Shown one piece after another: positions 1-12,911 of a DNA stretch of 64,000 nt. The position numbers and the translations under genes are program-made. The first letter of the stretch is position 1. Each line of letters opens with the position of its first letter. The DNA comes from Octopus vulgaris. Taxonomy: Eukaryota. The notes beneath the pieces are model-generated. The model searched no databases. It saw nothing but the letters and a program-made list of their open reading frames with translations, and was not told the DNA's origin. The stretch is from assembly GCA_951406725.2 (NCBI GenBank), contig OX597818.1, positions 84,010,001 to 84,074,000 of the forward strand, given 5' to 3'.

Positions 1-368
1 TATGTGTTAGTGCTGATATATTCATGTGTGAGTATATGTGTAGAACTGTTTCACAATGGATAAACGTTTCTGTTTGGCTTACCACGTATGTATGAATGTG
101 TAGGCGTGTATGCTTATGTATATTAGTGCATATGTGTATATGTGTATACGTCCTGTGTATATGTGTATGTGTATACGTCCCTTGTGTAGCACGTCCTGTA
201 ACTGTTTTTTTTCGTTTTCTTGTTTTTTGTTTTTTTGTTTTTCCCGTTTCTACGTCTTATTGTGGTGTCCTGTACTCACGTATAATTATTTATATATGCA
301 TGTATATATACATGTAGATGTAGGTACGTACATATATGTTTTTATGTATGCATATATTTTTATTTATC

Positions 369-454
<86 letters not shown>

Positions 455-800
455 GTGTGTGTCTATGCGAGTTATGAATGAAAGTGATTTAATAATGTAG
501 AGGCGTTTGTGCCTTTTTAATAATATTCACTATAAATACCTAAACAATTATATAAATAAGGGACATAGCAAAATAATACAATAAAAAACTCAGAGAATAC
601 ATATTATTGAAAAATCTAGTACTGCTGTTACTAGTAAATCTGTTCTGATGCAGTGGCTGCTACTGCTGCTGATACTAATCCTACTACTAATAATTACAAC
701 AATAATGATACTGATATTATTAATACCAATACTGAATAATATTTTTGCTGCTGCTGTTACTACTACCACTAGTGCTGCTGCTGCTGCTACTACTACAAAT

Positions 801-1037
801 GTTTCTTATTTCTTTATTGCTTACAAGGGGTTAAACATAGAGGGGACAAACAAGGACAGACAAAGGGATTAAGTCGATTACATCGACACCAGTACGTAAC
901 TGGTACTTATTTAATCGGCCCCGAAAGGATGAAAAGTAAAGTCGTCCTCGGTGGAATTTGTACTCAGGACGTAGCGGAGACGAAATACCACGAAGCATTT
1001 CGCCCGACGTGCTAATGTTTCTGCCAGCTCACCGCCT
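801..1037 (-). mobile_element. tRNA-derived SINE, family A (tail type 1)
   Basis: On the minus strand: head GGCGGTGAGCTGGCAGAAAC..TTAGC, B-box-like GAGTACAAATTCC, and tail ..GTCCCCTCTATGTTTAACCCCTTGTAAGCAATAAAGAAATAAG. Flanked by TACTACAAAT at 791-800 and 1038-1047 (TSD). About 20 related copies or fragments in the window. Confidence 0.85.
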
Positions 1038-1099
1038 TACTACAAATATTTCTACCACCACTAATAATATCACTACAAAAAATAACATTAATAATAATA

Positions 1100-1287
1100 T
1101 TTTCGACTATAGGCACAAGTCCAGCATGTTCGAGTTGGGGATAGTCGACTACATCAACCTCGGTGAGCAACTGGTACTTAATTTATCAACTCCAAAGTGA
1201 TGAAAGCTAAATTCGACCTCGGCGGAATTTGTGCTCAGAACACGAAGACGGACGAAATATTGCTAAACATTCTGCCAGTTCACCGCC

Positions 1288-1290
<3 letters not shown>
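1100..1290 (-). mobile_element. SINE family A (tail type 2), degenerate
   Basis: Same head and core as 801-1037, with the alternative tail ..CTTGTGCCTATAGTCGAAAA. Confidence 0.75.
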
Positions 1291-1365
<75 letters not shown>

Positions 1366-1367
1366 TT

Positions 1368-1919
1368 AAATGCCCTGGTGCAGTACCAGACGGTGGCTCT
1401 CGAGACTTCTGATGTTAACTGATTGGAAGTGTTATCATGTACATTGGTATAAAAGATGGACACAGCAAATATTCTGCTGAATACCACAGATTTGCTTGTC
1501 AGTTGTTTGACATTAACCAGTTGAGCATGTCCCTTAGTGGCTGACTATATGTGCATCTCTGATCAAGAGCAGAAGTAGTAGGGGAGTATCGTAGCCGTGT
1601 GTTGAAGGGAATTTTTGGAGGTTTGGATAATTCCCCTTTTGGAAACATGGGTGGTTCATTCAACATCCTTAAACAATCCTTATTCAGGGACCTTTTGAGC
1701 GGGATGGGCTACTTGACTTGAAGAAAATTCTAACTGGGCCAGACCTGCAAGGTCATGCACTGTTTATCTTGATATGAGATCACCATGTCGCACACATATG
1801 GTTGTGATGCATGTGCCTAGTGTACCCTTGTCAGACGGGTAGTCATGATGGGTATACTGGGCTTCGTATATTTTACCCCAGTGTTACTTTGATGGCATGC
1901 ACTGCTCTCTCGCTCACTC

Positions 1920-1920
<1 letters not shown>
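1368..1920 (+). mobile_element. Non-coding ~560-bp interspersed repeat (family G) embedded in (AAT)n
   Basis: Starts AAATGCCCTGGTGCAGTAC and ends GATGGCATGCACTGCTCTCTCGCTCACTCA. Flanked on both sides by (AAT)n (1290-1364 and 1921-1972). Homologous inverted copy at 36355-36937. Confidence 0.8.
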
Positions 1921-1974
<54 letters not shown>

Positions 1975-1989
1975 GTAATGATTATAATA

Positions 1990-2210
1990 ATCGCTTTATG
2001 TGGAACGACTCATGTACTGAGAAGGGCATTATCGCTGTGAAAACCGCATCCATTCATGAATTTATTTATTAAATTTTTTTAATAAATATTTTACCTGTGA
2101 ATTTGCGTGTGTAATCTAGGAATGCAAGAATGAGGTTCTCTGACCTAGGTGTACGGAAAACACTCGGCGAGAAATGGAAGAAATTTTGAAGAAGGAAAAT
2201 ATATAATAAC
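1990..2210 (+). mobile_element. Extremely 5'-truncated R4/Dong-type LINE (last codons plus 3' UTR)
   Basis: 1990-2040 translates IALCGTTHVLRRALSL*, matching the C-terminus IALLGTVHILRRTLSIQ* of the element at 51912-52151. It begins directly after an (AAT)n tract. Confidence 0.65.
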
Positions 2211-2211
2211 A

Positions 2212-3115
<904 letters not shown>

Positions 3116-3504
3116 ATTTTGTTGTGTGAAGGAAGACGGGCGCTTCCATTACTTGCTTGAATGACCAACGCAGAGAATCTAGTCAAGGACTAAAGACAAA
3201 GTATAAAAAAGTCTAATAGCGGAAAAAATCTTGATAACGGCCTTGAATTATTAGATTTGGTGGCCATTTTCTTTCTCCGGTGATCCTCCGTCTTCTCTTC
3301 TGAACTTTATATCATATTTGAATTTCTTGATATAGATTTACTGCTGGTGTTTTTTTATAATTTTTGGTTTGCTTGGTATTCTTTAGTCTTTTTATGTATT
3401 TATCCTTGTTTGTCCTGTGTTTTTCTTTGTTGTTTTCATATTTTGTTTACTCATCAATATATAAGACATGACGGCAAAGAGAAGTGTTTTGTGTTCTGTG
3501 CGTT

Positions 3505-3548
<44 letters not shown>

Positions 3549-3697
3549 GAGAGAGAGAGAGAGGCAGAGAGAGACAGAGAGACAGAGAGACAGAGAGAGA
3601 CAGAGTGAGACAGAGAGATCATAAAATTTCTTATCTGCTTTATTGATATTCAAATGATTGCTGAAGACGACGGTGTCAACGGCGACGAGACGACAAC

Positions 3698-3858
3698 GAA
3701 GAAGAAGAAGAAGAAGAAGAAGAAGAAGAAGAAGAAGAAGAAGAAGAAGAAGAAGAAGAAGAAGAAGAAGGGAAGAAGAAGGAGAAGAAGAAGAAGAAGA
3801 AGAAGAAGAAGAAGAAGAAGAAGAAGAAGAAGAAGAAGAAGAAGAAGAAGAAGAAGAA
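3698..3858. repeat. (GAA)n microsatellite
   Basis: About 50 GAA units with one interruption. Confidence 0.97.
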
Positions 3859-4108
3859 ACGATGGTTTTGAAAACAAGAAAGCTAAGGATCAATGTGTAA
3901 AACAATTGCCAGAAGAAGGTGGAGGTGAAGGGTCAATATGGTGGCGATGTAAGGAGGGGATAACAGAGAAGATCGAGACTTAACCATTTAATACGCGACG
4001 CAAGAAGGCGGGGCGGTGCCTCACCGCCTCAACATTAAGCTTCTTTGGGGTTTGTTAGTTTATTTCTATTGATTTTTCTTTTGTTTTATTTTCCCTTTTC
4101 ACTCGTTT

Positions 4109-4197
<89 letters not shown>

Positions 4198-4391
4198 AGT
4201 TGTTTATATGCTGCCAGGGATAATATACTATGAGGAAGGAAAACCGGTGTCAGAAAGAGATGACGGAAAAGTGGAAGTGAGAGACAGAGACGTGAGTGAA
4301 AGAAGGGACAAGAATGGGAGGAGAGAGTTGCTGCAAGAGGGACATGAAGAAATGGATATAAGATGTTGGAGGTAAGGGAATGAGAATTGAC

Positions 4392-4464
<73 letters not shown>

Positions 4465-4538
4465 TAGCCAGACAGACAGATAGATAGATAGATAGATAGA
4501 TAGACAGAAAACGTAAGAGCCAGTCCATTACATACACA

Positions 4539-4575
<37 letters not shown>

Positions 4576-5134
4576 GGACAGTGCCAGACATATAGACAGA
4601 TAACACCTCTACAATGCTACTTCGATTCCTCATTTAAGACAGATTTTGTGTGCTACACACACAATTGAGACTCAGTTTATAGAGGCCATTAAGACACATT
4701 ATTTCTATTGAAAGTATACATTTTTTCTGACAGGTATCAATCTTAAGACGGAGTAAAATACATATAGGCAGTACTATAGCTGTACTATTAGTTGAGAACA
4801 TCTTTCAAATCTCTGTTCTTAGTTACACACTTGTAACCTTTTTTACCTTCAGAGTTGTCATCTATAATTTTTATCTTTACATCAAGAGGCCAACGCATTT
4901 TAGAAACAACTACTTTGAATTGTCCATCAGAAAATACTGGCACACCTAGAAGTGGTATAACTTTATCTCAGATTTTTGCATTGATGGCGTAGCTGCAGGG
5001 TAAGAAGCTTGCTTCCCAAGTATTTGGTGTTGAATTCAGACCTACTGCACAGCACAATGTGTCTCTTCTACTATAGCTCCTGGCCAACTCTTGTAAGTGG
5101 ATTTCGTTGACAGAACCTGTCATACTCATACATG

Positions 5135-5425
<291 letters not shown>

Positions 5426-6529
5426 CTAAACTGTCTTGGTGTGTTTACTGCTACTTGTTTACAGTGATTTTTGTCCTAATTGTACACATCGCTGGTTAAC
5501 GCTTCTAACTCGTATATATGTGTGAGTGTGTTTCTCTGTGTGTGTGTGTGTGTGTGTGTGAGTGAGTGTGTTTCTGCGTGTGTGTGTACAGAGAGAGAAA
5601 GACGTACATATATATATAAATACTTATGCATGTGTGTATGTGTCTATGCGTGTGTTAAATCTTATTGTTTGTGTTTGTCCCCCACCACCGCTTGAGAACC
5701 CGTGTTGGGTTGTTTACGCTCGTGTAACTAAGCGGTTCGGCCAAAAAGTGTTCATTTATAAAGAATGATTATCAGGTTGAAAACACGAGTTCTGAGATGG
5801 ATTCACCATAGCAGCAGTCCAGTGACTGATAAAAGTAAAAGGCGAAAGACGATTCAAACAAAGAATGCAAAGCGTATTGGGAAGCGATCTCTCTAAAATG
5901 AAATGTAAATTACCTCAGCTTACCCAACCGCACCTGATATCACTGACATCACCTGACCTTACCTAAACAGATAATAGTCTATTACGAGTGATTCAGACTT
6001 TACAGTTTCATTGTTCTTAATGAATCAAGTTTGCTTCTATATAGTTATCGATTAGATTAGGAATTATTTCTAAAAATCTATCTAAAATGATATTCGTTCT
6101 ACCTTTCAAAGTTGATGATGGTGCACTATAAAGCAGAGCAAAGAACCTACAGCTTCATTTCAATCCGCAATTCCATTCACTGAAGAAGAGTGTATTCAGA
6201 TAACAAGCATAGTTTTTTTTCATTGTGGCATGTAAATATTGGGAAATTCGTTACTTTTGTGATTTTTCCCGTTTTTCGTGTTTTGATCTCGATTGCCAGT
6301 CGGTAATTATGACATCCACACGAGATGAGGATAATTTTTTATAAGTAACAAAAATATGGTACTTGATATACACAACTTGTCTATACTGTTTGTATACGTA
6401 CCACTGGCCTGTGATTTATATCTTCTAGCTCATTTTTGCTTAGTTTACGTAAGATCACACATACACACATTAACGCACTAACATACGCGCATACACACAC
6501 ACACACACATAAATGAATGAATGAATGAA

Positions 6530-6576
<47 letters not shown>

Positions 6577-6611
6577 ATGAATAAATGTAATATAGTATTA
6601 TTATTTTCCAA

Positions 6612-7253
6612 CTGACGAAGACTAACTAGATTTGCGATAGCAGACATATTCTGGAAATTCGGTCACTCGAGTACTAGGTTGTGTATTTCTCTGGCGTCTC
6701 TCCTAGAGGTAAGACGAAATTTTTTTGTGTTCGTCGCCTGCACACATTTTTGCCTCTGTATATTCAGTGAAGCTTTATATAACGTCGCACAGTTATCGAC
6801 TACTCATTCCAGCAAACATTGGTGTCTGGTTGTACCACTATTTCCTATTTAAATTGAACCTTTACAGTGCTTATCGCTGGAAAATATTACTATTGTATTG
6901 TAATAATTTTTATAATTTTTTCTTATATAAAACTATTACTGATTTCGGTTCTTCCTATGTCTTGGGCTATCAGCCGAATGTATAGCCATTGATGTAGCGG
7001 ATATTTTAAATTTTGTCTTAGTGAACCTACCTGACGAAGACTAGCCAGATTTGCGATAACAAACATATTCTGGAAAGTTCGAAACTCGACTACTAGGTTG
7101 TCCATTTCTCTGGCGTCTCTCCTAGAGGTAAGAAATGTTTGCCGCCCGCATATAACTTTGCCTCTATAGATTCAGTGAAGCTTTACGTAGCGTCGTACGG
7201 TTATGAACTGCTACTTCCAGCAAACATTGGTGTCTTGTTGTGCCAATATTTCC
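6612..7253 (+). mobile_element. 419-bp-period direct repeat with type I hammerhead-like motif (Penelope pLTR or retrozyme-like)
   Basis: 6612-6846 repeats at 7031-7253. Copy 2 reads ACCTAC-CTGACGA-AGACT..AGTTC-GAAAC-TCGACT-A-CTAGGT. Copy 1 keeps ACTCGAGT-A-CTAGGT. Confidence 0.7.
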
Positions 7254-7254
7254 T

Positions 7255-7582
7255 TTTGACCCGATCAGTTGATCCAGTTGATCCAATCAGTAATACAGCT
7301 TGCTCATGAGACTAACGTGCAAGAGGTTGAGTACTCCACAGACACGGGTACCTTTAACGTAGTTAACTGAGAAATTTAGCGTGACACAGACTGTGACAAG
7401 GCTGGGCCTTTTGAAATACAGGTACTACTCTTTTTGCCAGCTGAGTGGACTGGAGCAACGTGAAATGACGTGTCTTGCTCAAGGACACAACGCGTCGCCG
7501 GGAATTGAACACACGACCTTACGATCGTGAGCCGAATGACCTAACCCCTAAATTACGCTCCTTCACAGCCACGCGCCTTCAC
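7255..7582 (-). mobile_element. tRNA-derived SINE, family D
   Basis: On the minus strand: head with GTTCAATTCCC B-box, then GCGTTGTGTCCTTGAGCAAGACAC..GTTGCTCCAGTCCACTCAGCTG, shared with 59586-59930. Confidence 0.75.
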
Positions 7583-8444
7583 ACAGACGCACACACACAC
7601 ACACACTCACATATGCACATAAACAATGAAAGTGGCTAGACGCAATATTAAACCTAAATGAAAAACGTCAACTGTCACTTATAGTGAATGAGAGTGCAAG
7701 GTAGCATTTATATTGCTCGAAACAAAAGTCAAAGGTCTTTATAGCAACAAAAAGCACATTCTATGTACTGAGAGGGAAGATAACCGCCTGTCCCTCGGCG
7801 TGTGAGATCACTATACTAGCAAGCTAGTTACGCTTGGAATTAAAACTCATCAGTAGTGATTACTCCATATCTTATGGTTAAGCAAAGTCCTACCTGTCTG
7901 TATATAGTATATACCATATGAATCAATGGCTGACCTAAGTTTCTCCTTTAGTCTTGTCAGGCAACTGATGGTAACCCCTATAGGCATTACATTGTTTATA
8001 AGAACATTTTACCGTATTTTCTGGTATATAAGACGACGTAATATATAATATAAGCATGTAGTGTAAACATTCAAACATTGTTGCTATCTTTCCAAATCCT
8101 ACTGCATCAAATGGATTTTTGGGGATTTGCAAAAGTTGTTTTGATGTATAAGTCGACCTACAAGTTTTCTTTTTTTTTTTTACATTGGTGCTGTAAATTT
8201 TCGTCTGAAAAATTCGACGTGCATGCCGAGAAAGGGAATATTAAAAAAAAAAAAGACTACTAAACAAGAACTTTCAAAAGCCTAAAACAACAAAATACGA
8301 ATTATCAAAAATAGGAAAAGCAGAACACAGCCGACAACGTAAGTATGGACATATATTAATGGCAGCAATTATGTTTTTATATTTTGTTAAAGCGCTTTGT
8401 GAATGTTAGTAATGCTTTCCAATAAATTCTTATAAATTGAATAA

Positions 8445-8705
8445 GGCGTGTTGTGAGTCATGGCTATAAAAGAGAACAAATTAATTGACATGCTTGGATT
8501 CGTGGGGCGTGTTATCCTGTTGCCGATATAGCCTTCTGACTAGTTGACGCATGTGGGCTCTCATGATCATAAAACAGAGTAAGTCATGGGGCGTGCGTGG
8601 GTCCGCAGAACGTGTTATGCTGTTGGCAATGAAGCCTTGTGAGTAGTTGACGTATATAGGCTATCGTGACCATAAAAGAGACAGAAATATATCTAGTGTG
8701 CGTGG
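8445..8705. repeat. Diverged ~103-bp tandem repeat (about 2.5 units)
   Basis: CGTGTTATCCTGTTGCCGATATAGCCTTCTGACTAGTTGACG at 8508 versus CGTGTTATGCTGTTGGCAATGAAGCCTTGTGAGTAGTTGACG at 8611. Confidence 0.7.
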
Positions 8706-8924
8706 TTGCATGTATGAAAAAAAAAAAAGAGGCAGTGAAGCAATAAGGTAACTTGATATCATGAGAAATAAGATACCGTAAAATAAAATAACTTGAGAAA
8801 GTGTAAATGAAGGCAAGTGCTATAAGATAAAATCGAAAATGGAGACGTAAACTGTTTTAAAATGATGAAGGGTGATTTAATTAGGAAGGAGATTTCGAAA
8901 ACGCACATTCACTCACACGCACAA

Positions 8925-8994
<70 letters not shown>

Positions 8995-9003
8995 TGTCCA
9001 GCT

Positions 9004-9350
9004 ATATGGTTCCGGGGGGTTCAATCCCACTGCATGGCACCTTGGGCAACTGTCTTCTACTATAGTCTCGGGCCGACCAAAACCTTTTGAGTAGATTTGG
9101 TAGAAGGAAACTGAAGGAAGACCGTCGTATGTATATATATATGCATATATCTAAATGCGTGTGTCTGTGTGTCGTTATTTGCACCCCATCAACGCTTGAC
9201 AATTGTTGTTGGTTTGTTTACATCTCCGTAACTTAGGGGTTCGGAAAAAGAGACCGATAGAATTAGTACCAGGCTTCTAAAATAAGTCTTTCAAAGCGGT
9301 GCACCAGTATGGCCGCAGTTAAATAACTGAAACAAATTAAAGAATACAAG
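9004..9350 (+). mobile_element. SINE family B (CORE-like), 5'-truncated
   Basis: GGTTCAATCCCACTGCATGGCACCTTGGGCAA..TAGTCTCGGGCCGACCAAA, colinear with the full copies at 24350, 37681 and 57507. Confidence 0.8.
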
Positions 9351-9493
9351 AGGAGACATCGATTATGGTCAAATTTAATACAATTAAAAATATCTAATGA
9401 CTATTAATTATGCCTTGTCTTGAATATCACTCTGTGTAAAACCAGTATAACTGGAACACAACCATGGATTTACAATATAGATCAAATGAACAA

Positions 9494-9686
9494 GGCGGTG
9501 AGCTAGCAGAAACGTTAGCATGCCGGGCGAAATGCTTAGCACTATTTCATCTGTCTTTACGTCCTGAGTTCAAATTCCGCCGACGTCGACTTTTTCTTTC
9601 ATCTTTTCAGGGTCGATAAATTAAGTACCAGTTGCGTACTGGAGTGGATCTAATCGACTGATCACCCCTCTCCCAAATTTTCAGGA
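9494..9686 (+). mobile_element. SINE family A
   Basis: GGCGGTGAGCTAGCAGAAACGTTAGC..GAGTTCAAATTCCGCC..AAGTACCAGTT. Confidence 0.85.
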
Positions 9687-9979
9687 TATCCTGCACACAC
9701 ACACAGACACACACATGCATATATATATATATATATATATATGCTTGTGTGTGTACATATATGTGTATGTGTATATATATATGTGTGTGTGTGTGCGTGT
9801 GTGTGTGTGTGGTGTACGTGTGTGTGTTTGTGTATCTTTGAAATTCGTTTATGGTATCGTACGTAGTATAAATATAAAGCTCCTATTTCATTATGCCGAC
9901 TACCATCTAATGATATAAAATCAATTTTTCAGTGTTGCATCAAGGTTATACCGATATAATGTGGGATAAATATAATAAC

Positions 9980-10548
9980 AATAATTCTTGGATAGAATTT
10001 ATAAACATTTGATAAATCGCTACACGCGTTTCCGCAAATCACATGATTTTGACATCAAAGCCGGTATCCTTGGGAAGAGTTCAGTATTGTTCATATCATC
10101 CGTGGGCACCCAGTTGATCATCGTCAAATTATTGAGGAGAATCACTTCTTCAATGAAATAGAACAAAGAGATGTACTACCACCCTTAAATCTTCTGAATG
10201 AATGACGATCCCTAAAATCTGAAGAATGAACAGCGAATAAACCCAGCACAGCCACACATGCTTCCATCCCCATATTACTACCATCACCTATCTCTTTCTA
10301 CATACAGAAACACCCACATAGCAAGATTGACTTTCATGTTGCCAAGAAGAGAAACATATCCCTCTATGATACATCCAATAATATAGTATCGCCTGATGAA
10401 ATGAATCAATACTGATCATCAACCGGATGCCCATGGACTATACTGTACCCATCCCAAGGATAACGGCCGTGATGTCAAAATCATGTGATTTATGGAAACG
10501 CGCGTAGTGATGTATGAAATATTTAGAAATTGCATGCTAGAATTATTA
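9980..10548 (+). mobile_element. Penelope-like remnant: hammerhead-like motif plus inverted partial copy
   Basis: ATCGC-CTGATGA (10388-10399) ... GAAAC-GCGC-GT-A-GTGAT (10495-10511). 9980-10122 is a diverged reverse complement of 10414-10548. Confidence 0.65.
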
Positions 10549-10765
10549 TTATGTGTGTGTGTGTGTTGGTTGTTTGTGAGTGTGTGTGTGTGTTTAGATA
10601 TAGATATATACATATAAAGGTATATATATGTATATATAATATATAAATATGTATATGTATATATATGTGTATATATATATATATATATGTGTGTGTGTAT
10701 GTATGTATTTGTATATACTCGTGTATCTAAATATATGTATACACATATATATGTATATATGTATT

Positions 10766-10818
<53 letters not shown>

Positions 10819-12499
10819 ATATATATATAAACATTTGACATATATATACGTATATATATATGTATATGTATATAAAATATATGTGTTTGGATGTGTCTGT
10901 GTGTGTGTGTGTGTTTATGTGTACAATAACTATTTGCGACCCCACCCAAGTTCCTCAAAACGTAGTCTTGAACATCAAGCTAACATGAAACCGATTGAGT
11001 CAATTAATATGATTACAAATCAACTTGTACACTCTTTGTGTATTCTCAAGTTGTTTCATTTCATCCTCTCTCTCTCTCTCCACACACACACGCACACTTA
11101 AACACACACGCATATATATATATATATATATATACGTGCATATGTCTATGTATATATATTAACTTATATACATATAGATATATATTATGTATGCATAAAT
11201 TGTATTAATAATCATGCGTCTAATATATATACAAATATGTGTGTGTGTGTTTCTATAATTAATTTTTGTTATATATATCTACACAATTTGGCAGTATTGA
11301 GTACTCCTTGGTCTGCCTACTACATTTCATAGAAATAATAACGTTGAATTGCTTCACACACTAACCTACACACGCTTACACGAGTGCATACATAAATCTA
11401 TCTATATATATGTATCTAGCTATCTATCCATCTACATATATATATATATACATATACATATACAAAATATATATATTTCTGTAATTGTGTCTATGTACGT
11501 GTCTGTCTGCTAGAGCGTGATTTTCTTTGATTGCAAATAATCTTATATCGCTTCATATTTTTTTTCATAATTCCACTTTAATTTCAAATGTAACCCACTA
11601 GTAACAATTTCTTGTCTGTTTATTTTAAAAAGTATTAAGTTTTTCTCCTGCCGTCGATACGTCTAAGAGATATTTCAACATACTTGAGACATCATATATA
11701 GTCTTAAAAATCATACTTTTTTGGTTGAAAACTCTTGGTATTAGTCTCCTTATGCATCAATTAATCGGATCTTCTTATATCATTTAAACTTCATAAGCTG
11801 ATATATCTGTATCACTATAAAAATACTTATATTAATATTTCCGGTGTCGATGATAATTTCATTCATAGGCAAATAAAACTTTTCTACCTATTTATTTTGG
11901 CAAAAATGATTTTTTCGGTAAAATTTATATATTCCCTCGTAGAAAAAGAAATGTAGGATAAGAACCAAAATAATTTGTCTATTTTGCACAATTTTATTCA
12001 GTTCCATTCAGAAGTGACTTGATATATATCTAGTATGTGGTAGCGCTTAAAATCACTTTGAACTGTGGTAAACTTTCAACCCGTCTGATTTCTATTGCTA
12101 CGTACTTGTAAATTTATATTCAGATTTTTTGAAAAATAAGTTCAAAACGGTATTGATGAGATTTTATTGATTGAAACATATATGGAATTAGAATATTGGA
12201 TCTCACTAACACAGACACACACACAAACGCACACACACGCACACATATATATATATGTTAGACTAAGCATACTACTGTTTGCCGGTTATGGAAATTTGTT
12301 TATCAAAATTTGAAGAAAATAATTATCATAAAATTTATCTTCGCGATCGGAAAATACGAGTAAGGGTTAACTCGGGTGCATTTCAAATGTGTGTGCGTAT
12401 ATATTTGTATATATATCTGTGAGTGCGCGCGCGCGTTCTATGAGTATACATAAGTATATATTTATATAAAAGTATTTGAATATATATATTCAAATATAC

Positions 12500-12534
<35 letters not shown>

Positions 12535-12650
12535 TATATCTGATAGCTCTGTATCGGCAAGACTTAAAAAAGTATGGAATAAAAGTGAGGAATATCCAAC
12601 GTTTCTGGTTCAATCCTTCGTTCACTGTACCCCTTTCACTTTTTCTATAT

Positions 12651-12739
<89 letters not shown>

Positions 12740-12784
12740 ATATATATTTTATATCTATTTTCTCTCCCGCTTTATTTCTGTTAC

Positions 12785-12818
12785 TTTCTGTCGAAGAGCG
12801 TAGGCTCGAAATGTAAAA
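12785..12818 (+). ncRNA. Minimal hammerhead-like motif (degenerate)
   Basis: TTT-CTGTCGA-A-GAGC-GTAG-GCTC-GAAA-TGTA-AAA has a perfect 4-bp stem II, but two core positions deviate from CUGANGA/GAAAC. Confidence 0.45.
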
Positions 12819-12911
12819 TACCTTCTCACTTTCCGAGCGCTAAACTAATACATCTGTTTGTTGTTTACACACCCGTGTTCATCTATTTTTTTTTAATTCT
12901 CACTATAAATA

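Noticed and set aside
11588-12370. Possible piggyBac-like MITE ending AAGGGTTAA
   Set aside because: The left end matches too poorly to call a TIR pair.
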